Positions 57,002 through 64,000 of a stretch of 64,000 nucleotides of DNA are shown here, piece by piece. Positions within the stretch are counted from its first letter, which is position 1. Each line of letters opens with the position of its first letter. The notes below the pieces were generated by a model. That model worked only from the letters and a program-made list of their open reading frames with translations. It had not been told where the DNA came from and did no database searches. The position numbers and the translations under genes were made by a program. The DNA lies in NCBI GenBank assembly GCA_026417415.1, contig JAOADG010000024.1:11678-75677 (forward strand), written 5' to 3'. The stretch is from a bacterium (GTDB lineage: Bacteria > Electryoneota > JAOADG01).

Positions 57002-58264
57002 ATGCAAGTATTTAGTGAATTAAACCTCTCGATTCTTATTACTGCCTATTTAGCTGCTGCATCAGCCAGTTTATTGGGTGTACTCTTGGTGCTTAGAAAA
57101 CTATCGCTTATCGGGGATGCGATTTCACATGCGATCTTACCGGGTATTGTGCTTGCATTTCTTTTTTCCCAATCTAAAAATCCACAAGTTATGTTAATAG
57201 GTGCAGGAACTGTGGGCTTAATCACAACTTTGTTGATTGAATGGATCACCAAAGCAAAAATCGCAGAGGATTCATCTATAGGGATCGTTTTTACGGTACT
57301 ATTTGCGATTGGAGTAGTACTGATTTCTCTATTTAGCCGAAACATTGATTTAGATGCTGAATGTGTTTTATTTGGTGAATTATCATTAATTCCACTTCAA
57401 GAAGATTTCCCAGCAGGTTCAGGTATTCCAAGGTCCACTTTTACATTGAGCATTGTGTACTTGTTCAACATTCTACTCATTATACTTTTTTACAAAGAAT
57501 GGAAAATTTCTACATTTGATTCAACTTTAGCTGCCACTTTAGGTTTTTCTACAAACCTTTTCCATTATCTTTTAATGTCCGCAGTGTCTTTGACAACAGT
57601 TGCTGGGTTTGAAGCGACAGGGGCAATACTTATCGTTTCAATGTTTATCGGTCCTGCCTTAATTGCTTTGATAGCATTTCATAAGTTATCCCATGTTTTC
57701 ATCGCAAGTCAAATCATATCATTGTTTATTGCTTTATTCGGTTACATTTCTGCGAAATTGTTAGACAGCAGTATTGCAGGTGCAATGACCACCATTACTG
57801 GTTTAATGTTCGCAGGCGTCATCTTCTTGTCACCTCATTCTGGTTTATTGATACAATGGATTGAAAAAAGAAAACTGGAAAAACGAATTGCATTAGAAGA
57901 TTTACTGGGTTTGATGTACCGACTTGAAGAAAAAAATGCGTCCACATACGGCTTAGCATTAAATAAAAAGCTAATTAAGAGAGCATTATCTCAAAAGTTT
58001 ATTACTCCTTCTGAATACGGTTACCAATTATCCAAGAAAGGGCGACAAGTAGCCGCTAATGTAATACGATCTCACCGTTTATGGGAAAGTTATTTAGAAC
58101 AAGAACTTCAATTGCCACCCGATCATACTCATCAATCAGCAGATATCGTGGAGCATTTTCTTAGTCCTCAGGAACGCGAAAACTTATCCAATGTATTAAA
58201 AGATAGAAATCTAGATCCGCAAGGAAAACCAATTCCAAAGGAAGCTTCAGACCTTAACGGTTGA
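57002..58264 (+). CDS. Mn/Zn/Fe ABC transporter permease fused to a C-terminal DtxR-type metal-binding/dimerisation domain
   Basis: ABC-3 motifs GDAISHAILPG, LFG and FD...A; C-terminal RSHRLWESYL...HQSADIVEH...DPQGKPIP. Confidence 0.92.
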   Translation: MQVFSELNLSILITAYLAAASASLLGVLLVLRKLSLIGDAISHAILPGIVLAFLFSQSKNPQVMLIGAGTVGLITTLLIEWITKAKIAEDSSIGIVFTVLFAIGVVLISLFSRNIDLDAECVLFGELSLIPLQEDFPAGSGIPRSTFTLSIVYLFNILLIILFYKEWKISTFDSTLAATLGFSTNLFHYLLMSAVSLTTVAGFEATGAILIVSMFIGPALIALIAFHKLSHVFIASQIISLFIALFGYISAKLLDSSIAGAMTTITGLMFAGVIFLSPHSGLLIQWIEKRKLEKRIALEDLLGLMYRLEEKNASTYGLALNKKLIKRALSQKFITPSEYGYQLSKKGRQVAANVIRSHRLWESYLEQELQLPPDHTHQSADIVEHFLSPQERENLSNVLKDRNLDPQGKPIPKEASDLNG

Positions 58265-58444
58265 TGTTTTTCCATCGGATTGTTTTACAACAACTTTTTC
58301 AAATCCTTTCTCTTTAGAAAGCGCAATGGCTTTAGCAATCGCTTCATCTTGTGTTTTACATTTTGCACTGGCACAGCGTGCCCCTTCTAATTTGACTACC
58401 CATTCATTTGCTTTTTTAGCTTCTACCAAATAATAATCGGCCAT
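58247..58444 (-). CDS. DUF2188-like small protein
   Basis: WVVKLEGA..AS...TQDEAI..A...VVKQSDG; GGAG RBS. Confidence 0.75.
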   Translation of the reverse strand: MADYYLVEAKKANEWVVKLEGARCASAKCKTQDEAIAKAIALSKEKGFEKVVVKQSDGKTSTVKV

Positions 58445-58453
58445 TTGAATCTC

Positions 58454-59887
58454 CTATGAATCAAGTTTATCTAATGAAACTGCAATAGCATCAATTAAAT
58501 GGGAAGGAAATACCTCTCCTGCCTCTAAAATTGAGCGATGTTCTAAAAGCAATTGACTAACAGAATGAAATGATTGAGGAATTGGGATTGAATGGCTTTC
58601 ATTGGTCTTAACTTCAGCAGAGGTTGTTGTTATCCAATGATCTAAATCAGAATTTTTTGAATTCCAACAAATACTTTGTGCAATCGCAGCAAGCAACAAT
58701 TGTTGATGGCTTGAACCATCAGACAAACGGTATTCAATGGTCTCTTGCGTCACTGCTTTTCCTTCTGAATCATAAGCAACGATTGGAATCCGTACCAGTG
58801 CTTTTCTATTGTATTGACCCCATGTGACTGTATTCGGAGCTTCTTTTGCCTGTTGTAATCGTATGAAACTAGTACGATCACGATTTCCAAATGCCATTAA
58901 AACACTTCCCATTTGAACCAAACCGCCTATAATCCATTTCGATTCTTCAGTAAGATTCTTGTTTTGTCTAAACACAGGAAGATGTTGTCCATTTCTAACT
59001 GCAGACAAATGAAAATGCATTCCTGAACCCGCATGACCACGCTTGATTACAGGAGAAAAACTACACCACATCCCATAACGATGGGCTAAATTTCGCAAGA
59101 CCCACTGTGCTAATATAGCATCTTCAGCGGACTTTGAAATGGGTTGGAGTGCGAGTTCTACTTCGTGTTGTTCCCAAACTCGATCATCATGTTCATCAGC
59201 GGTAATGTATCCAACCTCACTATGACCATATTTTGTACACACACCCATTTCAGACAGGAGGAAAAGTGCTTCTCTACGTAAATTTTCGCCAAAGACAAAG
59301 GGAGAGGTAGAATGATAGCCACGTTCATTTCTACCATAATCATCATACTGTTCTGGTTTTTTGCCGAGGTAATACTCTAATTCTGCAAGTGAATACAATT
59401 GAAGACCTGTTTCACGATACAATCGCTCTTCTGCTTTTTGTAAAATGGTTGTTGGGGATTCGGGAAGCGGTTTTCCATCACGACCATAATGTGAACACAT
59501 GACACAAAGTGTTGGAATGGGAGAGAAGGGATCTAGAAATGCGGTATCAATGCGTGGACGTAGGACTATATCCGATTGTCCTGCTTGTATTCCCATTCCT
59601 GTAAAAATGCTGGAACCATCTGCCCGTTCACCAGCAAGTAAAATATTTTCTAAATGGTGATGGTCACGTGGCGCAAAATCCAATGTTTTAAGCCACCCAT
59701 CACCGCCAATGTGCAATAAGGACACCAATCGTATTTTAGAATTCAGAAAAAAACGAATGATATCCTCAAGTGTCCAATCTTTACGATCTTTTTGAATGGT
59801 GCGAACCAAATCATCAGAAGGAAGACCGTTAATAAGGTTAGATTGGGTAGGATTCGTAGATATAGATATTTGTCCAATCTTAAACAT
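58454..59887 (-). CDS. Glutamine synthetase family protein
   Basis: Motifs DGSS, ELEY, HSEVG, EQHEVE, GSGMHFH, EAP, NRKALVRIP and EYR..D. Confidence 0.9.
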   Translation of the reverse strand: MFKIGQISISTNPTQSNLINGLPSDDLVRTIQKDRKDWTLEDIIRFFLNSKIRLVSLLHIGGDGWLKTLDFAPRDHHHLENILLAGERADGSSIFTGMGIQAGQSDIVLRPRIDTAFLDPFSPIPTLCVMCSHYGRDGKPLPESPTTILQKAEERLYRETGLQLYSLAELEYYLGKKPEQYDDYGRNERGYHSTSPFVFGENLRREALFLLSEMGVCTKYGHSEVGYITADEHDDRVWEQHEVELALQPISKSAEDAILAQWVLRNLAHRYGMWCSFSPVIKRGHAGSGMHFHLSAVRNGQHLPVFRQNKNLTEESKWIIGGLVQMGSVLMAFGNRDRTSFIRLQQAKEAPNTVTWGQYNRKALVRIPIVAYDSEGKAVTQETIEYRLSDGSSHQQLLLAAIAQSICWNSKNSDLDHWITTTSAEVKTNESHSIPIPQSFHSVSQLLLEHRSILEAGEVFPSHLIDAIAVSLDKLDS

Positions 59888-60030
59888 GAATTACCTCTGT
59901 ACATTAGAAAGGATGAAATAGAAGATAAAAATTGCGGTTTTGATCAAGTCCAATTTGTTTGTGAAAAATAATACATTTTTCTATAAAAGAAAAAAGGCGT
60001 ATTATTCTTAGGTTATAGGAAATCAATAGT

Positions 60031-60459
60031 ATGGGTTTATTTGATACCTTAAGAACTACAAGTCAGCATTCTCAAGATTTTACGCCTGAGGATTTGGCTT
60101 TACTTGAGAAGTTAGCAGATAAAATTGTAAAACGTAGAATGAGCGTCCCAGCAATCATGTTTTTTGAATCCGTAAAACCGATGAATTTTGTTGGTGCGCA
60201 GGTCATGATTTTTTTACAACCGTTCGTCACAGCATTTTTTACGTTACCAGAATACGATCGTTTAAGAGAACTGTTAGAAAGAAGAGAAACCCTTTACAAA
60301 TTCGTTGAAATTTTAGAAAAAAAGGAAGACGATTTTTTATCCATTGAAAAAGAAATGAAAAAGCAGAGAAAATTAGAAAAAGAAAAACAGAAATCAAAAA
60401 AATCAAGTAAAAAGTGGTGGAAATGGTGGACTAAAAAAGATGATAACCAGGATAGTTGA
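60031..60459 (+). CDS. Conserved-looking hypothetical protein
   Basis: 142 aa; PAIMFFESVKPMNF core and Lys-rich tail; overlaps the next gene. Confidence 0.75.
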   Translation: MGLFDTLRTTSQHSQDFTPEDLALLEKLADKIVKRRMSVPAIMFFESVKPMNFVGAQVMIFLQPFVTAFFTLPEYDRLRELLERRETLYKFVEILEKKEDDFLSIEKEMKKQRKLEKEKQKSKKSSKKWWKWWTKKDDNQDS

Positions 60460-61711
60460 TGCTACTATAGTTACTCAAAATAGCAAACGTGAAGTAATTC
60501 AGGGTGAACTCATATTTGAAAATGATCGCATTATCCAAATCATTCACTACAATCAACGAAATGAACCGCCTAAAGTTGAAATCAACGCTCCAGATGTACG
60601 AGTGATTTCTGCAAAAAATCAAATTTTGTTACCCGGTTTTATACAAACTCATGTACACTTATGTCAGACCTCATTAAGAAATTTGGCAGACGATTTAGAA
60701 TTGCTGGATTGGTTAAGGAAGGTGGTTTTTATTGGTGAAGCAAATCATACTTATGAATCGCTTTACCATACTGCACTTTTATCTATCCAAGAATTGCTTC
60801 AAGGAGGTACTACTACAGTTTTAACCATTGAAACAGTTCAAAACACCGAAGCAATTATCAAAGCCGTTCAAGATAGCGGTATCCGTGCAATTGTTGGAAA
60901 AGCGCTTATGGATCGAGATATTGGTCAACCCAAAGCGTTGTTACAAACCACAGAAGAGGCACTATTAGAGGCAGATACTTTATTTAATAAATACCATGAT
61001 GCAGACCATCAACGTATAAAAATATGTTATGCACCCCGATTTGTTCCCTCTTGTACTGAAAAATTGTTAGTGGGAGTAAGAGAGAGAGCAAAAGAGAGAA
61101 GAGCAATTGTTCACACTCACGCAAGTGAAAACAAAAACGAAGTTGCTTTAGTTCAAAAAATCACTGGTAAAGGGAACATAGAATACTTAGATACGATCCG
61201 TCTTCTCACACCAAATACTGCGGTCGCACATTGTGTTCATACAGATAAACAAGATTGGAACAGGTTGGCGGATAATGATGCAAAAGTACTTCATTGTCCT
61301 TCCTCCAACTTAAAATTAGGTTCTGGGTTTGCACCTATTTACGAAATGAAAGAAAGAGGGATCACCATAGGATTAGGAGCAGACGGTGCTCCTTGTAATA
61401 ACAATTTAGATGCTCTTTTAGAAGCACGATTGTATTCATTGCTACAAACTGGACGATTAGGAGTTGGAAAAATTACAGCTCAAGACGCACTTGATGCCAT
61501 TACCATTGAAGGTGCAAAAGTAATCGGTTTAGAAAACGATATTGGTTCCCTTGAAGTTGGAAAAAAAGCAGATCTTATCTTGATCTCGACGGATAAAGTG
61601 CATTGTCAGGGTGGAGACAATCCAATCTCAAAAGTCATTTACTCGTGCCGTTCTTCGGATGTGGAAATGGTATGGGTGGATGGTAAACTATTGTTTAACA
61701 GAAGGAACTAA
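60440..61711 (+). CDS. Amidohydrolase (5'-deoxyadenosine/MTA/SAH deaminase-like)
   Basis: Motifs PGFIQTHVH, HTHASE, AHCV, HCPSSNLKL, GADG and GSLEVGKKADL. Confidence 0.9.
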   Translation: MITRIVDATIVTQNSKREVIQGELIFENDRIIQIIHYNQRNEPPKVEINAPDVRVISAKNQILLPGFIQTHVHLCQTSLRNLADDLELLDWLRKVVFIGEANHTYESLYHTALLSIQELLQGGTTTVLTIETVQNTEAIIKAVQDSGIRAIVGKALMDRDIGQPKALLQTTEEALLEADTLFNKYHDADHQRIKICYAPRFVPSCTEKLLVGVRERAKERRAIVHTHASENKNEVALVQKITGKGNIEYLDTIRLLTPNTAVAHCVHTDKQDWNRLADNDAKVLHCPSSNLKLGSGFAPIYEMKERGITIGLGADGAPCNNNLDALLEARLYSLLQTGRLGVGKITAQDALDAITIEGAKVIGLENDIGSLEVGKKADLILISTDKVHCQGGDNPISKVIYSCRSSDVEMVWVDGKLLFNRRN

Positions 61712-63321
61712 AACAAATTCATTGATCCGTTTACTAAAACAGTATCGTAAAGAAACGCTTCGGATGGTTCCGGATAATCCGTACGATAATGTAAACCTCT
61801 TGATTCTTTTCTACGCTCTGCACATTCTACAACCAACATGGCTACCAAAGCAATATTCCGCAACTCCAAAAGTGGAAGTGTGACAGTTGTTCTACGCCAG
61901 AATTCTTCAATCTCATTCCAAAGTAGCGATAATCTTCGCTTTGCTCTTTCTAATCGTAATCCACTGCGAACTATTCCAACATAATCAGCCATTAGATCAC
62001 GGATCTCATCGCGATCATGGGAAATTAAGACCCATTCTTCTGGATCCATAGTGCCTTGTGCATTCCATTCGGGTATATCATCACAAATTGAAAATGTTTT
62101 CATCATTTCTGAGGAGTGAACTGCTGCAGTATGAGCAAAAACCAGTGCTTCAAGCAAACTATTTGAGGCCAGACGATTAGCACCATGTACACCTGTCATT
62201 GCAACTTCACCAATTGCGTATAATCCATCAATGCTTGTTCTTCCTACCAAATCTGTTACAACACCACCACACATATAATGAGCAGCAGGTACTACAGGAA
62301 TACGATTTTTTGTAATGTCAAGGCCGTAGCGTAATAAGGTTTCGTAAATTTTCGGGAAACGTTCTCGTGTTTCTGGAGCAGGCATATGAGTGACATCCAA
62401 CTCGACGTATGGATCGCCGCGTAATTTCATTTCTGCATCAATGGCACGTGCAACGACATCTCGAGTGGCTAATTCTGCATCAGGATGATACTTCAGCATA
62501 AAGCGTTCACCTGAAAGATTGTATAACTTAGCACCATAACCACGTAGTGCTTCAGATATTAGAAAAGGTGGGGCTAAATGGTGATGTAAGGTAGTTGGAT
62601 GAAATTGCATAAATTCTAAATTGGCTAATTTTGCACCGGCTCTTGCGGCTGAAGCCAAACCATCCCCGGTAGCAATGTCGGGGTTCGTTGTATGTCGCCA
62701 AACTTGTCCACATCCTCCTGTAGCCAAAACTGTAATTCGCGATAAAAACCGTTGGACCGTATTGGTCGCAGTGTTCAAGATATATGCACCATAACAAACT
62801 TTTGAAGGTTCATGTCTATGTTCAAGGTGATGGTCAGTAATTAAATCAACCAATGCATGATGTTCATAAACATCAATGTATGGATTATTTCTAACACGAT
62901 TCACTAAGGTCTGTTCAATTTCTTGACCAGTAGAATCATAGTGATGAACGATACGATTGGTTCTATGACCGCCTTCTCGATGCAAAGATAAAACCAATTT
63001 GCCATCTTGATAGGTAGTAGTAAAATGAACTCCCCATTCTCGTAACTGCTCAATTCTACCTGCACCTTCAAAAACCAACAGTTCAACCGCTTCACGATGG
63101 CACAAACCCTGTCCTGCTTTTAATGTATCTTCTATATGCCATTCCAATCGATCGCGTGTTTGATCAACAACTGCTGCAATACCTCCTTGTGCATAATTGG
63201 TATTCGATTCGGTATGGTTCTTTTTTGTTACGATTGCCACACTTCCATGTCTAGAAACTTCCAAAGCATAGGATAGTCCAGCAATACCGCTACCAATCAC
63301 TAAAAAGTCGTAAATTTTCAA
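61708..63321 (-). CDS. nadB: L-aspartate oxidase
   Basis: GSGIAGL, AQGGIA, EGGH, QFHPT, SEALRG, AHYMCGG, HGANRLASNSLLE, ESRGLHY; TTG start with GAGG RBS. Confidence 0.97.
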   Translation of the reverse strand: MKIYDFLVIGSGIAGLSYALEVSRHGSVAIVTKKNHTESNTNYAQGGIAAVVDQTRDRLEWHIEDTLKAGQGLCHREAVELLVFEGAGRIEQLREWGVHFTTTYQDGKLVLSLHREGGHRTNRIVHHYDSTGQEIEQTLVNRVRNNPYIDVYEHHALVDLITDHHLEHRHEPSKVCYGAYILNTATNTVQRFLSRITVLATGGCGQVWRHTTNPDIATGDGLASAARAGAKLANLEFMQFHPTTLHHHLAPPFLISEALRGYGAKLYNLSGERFMLKYHPDAELATRDVVARAIDAEMKLRGDPYVELDVTHMPAPETRERFPKIYETLLRYGLDITKNRIPVVPAAHYMCGGVVTDLVGRTSIDGLYAIGEVAMTGVHGANRLASNSLLEALVFAHTAAVHSSEMMKTFSICDDIPEWNAQGTMDPEEWVLISHDRDEIRDLMADYVGIVRSGLRLERAKRRLSLLWNEIEEFWRRTTVTLPLLELRNIALVAMLVVECAERRKESRGLHYRTDYPEPSEAFLYDTVLVNGSMNLF

Positions 63322-63432
63322 ATTGGTGTTACCTCGTGTGTTTTAAGAAAATACGGATTCTTAAAATACTAAAAATAGTTTAACAAAATGAATTCTTGTA
63401 TATTATTCTACAAACACAATTGAATGATAGAA

Positions 63433-64000
63433 ATGATTCAAAATACGTTTGTGCATATTCCCGGAATTTCTAAAGTTCGTGAAAATTTGATTTGGGAAAA
63501 TCAAATCTATACTTGGAATCAGTTTAAGTGCAGCACGAAACAAATTTTAGGTCCTAAACTTACACAAGTGGTACATGGGTATCTTGCTGAATCATTTACC
63601 AGTTTTCAAGCAAATGATTTTTACTATTTTTATTCAAAATTGCCGTCAAATGAATCTTGGAGATTATTTCCTCATATCCAATCAAATGTTGCTTATATAG
63701 ATATTGAAACCACAGGACATCTCAACATCGGAAACCATATAACAACCATTTGCTTGTATGATGGAACCAATTTGTATTCTTATGTACGTGGTGAGAATCT
63801 TTATCAATTTTGTAAAGACATTACCCACTATCAAACCATAGTTACTTACAATGGGAAGTCCTTTGATGTACCTTTTATTGAACATGAATTTCAAATGAAA
63901 ATCAAGGCGATTCATCTGGATGTGATGCACTTTTTACGAGCACTTGGTATTCGTGGAGGACTTAAAAATTGTGAAAAGCAATTAGGCATTCATCGAGGGG
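63433..64000 (+). CDS. YprB-like RNase H-fold (DEDD) exonuclease, 3'-truncated; absent from the ORF track
   Basis: Manual translation gives MIQNTFVHIPGI...AYIDIETTG...TYNGKSFDVPF...HLD...GGLKNCEKQLGI, open to the window end. Confidence 0.88.
   Translation, partial: MIQNTFVHIPGISKVRENLIWENQIYTWNQFKCSTKQILGPKLTQVVHGYLAESFTSFQANDFYYFYSKLPSNESWRLFPHIQSNVAYIDIETTGHLNIGNHITTICLYDGTNLYSYVRGENLYQFCKDITHYQTIVTYNGKSFDVPFIEHEFQMKIKAIHLDVMHFLRALGIRGGLKNCEKQLGIHRG

Noticed and set aside
997..63930. Numerous 60-156 aa ORFs antisense to or nested in long genes (e.g. 39020..39490, 48708..49097, 63682..63930)
   Set aside because: They are shadow ORFs of well-supported genes and show no recognisable motifs.
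1..64000. Alternative genetic code (UGA as Gly or Trp) as the explanation for the in-frame TGA at 47837
   Set aside because: Long genes are intact under the standard code, and TGA acts as a normal stop in ATGA/TGATG overlaps (28002, 28736, 38199, 56158).

Overview
Gene-dense, AT-rich bacterial chromosomal segment, mostly housekeeping, read in the standard genetic code. I saw no transposase, integrase, prophage or CRISPR array. Two secreted proteins end in a 'PNPFN' C-terminal sorting/Ig-like domain, and GGAG/GAGG Shine-Dalgarno sites are common. Together these suggest a Gram-negative, non-Bacteroidota member of the FCB supergroup (inference only). Recognisable genes are sua5, thyX, polA, tRNA-Ser(CGA), maeB, obgE, dprA, an S41 protease, dsbD, trxA, a TlpA-like reductase, pepA, trxB, nth, a glutamine synthetase and nadB. 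A TPP riboswitch sits upstream of a TonB-dependent receptor. The most notable observations are: (1) a probable unannotated selenoprotein, a CxxC thioredoxin-fold ORF whose TGA reads through as ...KPG-U-GALNKR, followed by a correctly spaced SECIS-like hairpin and divergent from trxB; (2) a DarT-like DNA ADP-ribosyltransferase with no adjacent antitoxin, starting directly behind an intrinsic terminator; (3) a coupled lipoprotein / GAF-sigma54 activator / membrane Ser-Thr kinase / DUF2079 cassette; (4) an operon of a nucleophile-less alpha/beta hydrolase, an ImmA/IrrE metallopeptidase with no HTH partner, and an SDR; (5) an orphan metal ABC permease fused to a DtxR-like domain. All family calls come from motif recognition by eye, not from database searches.
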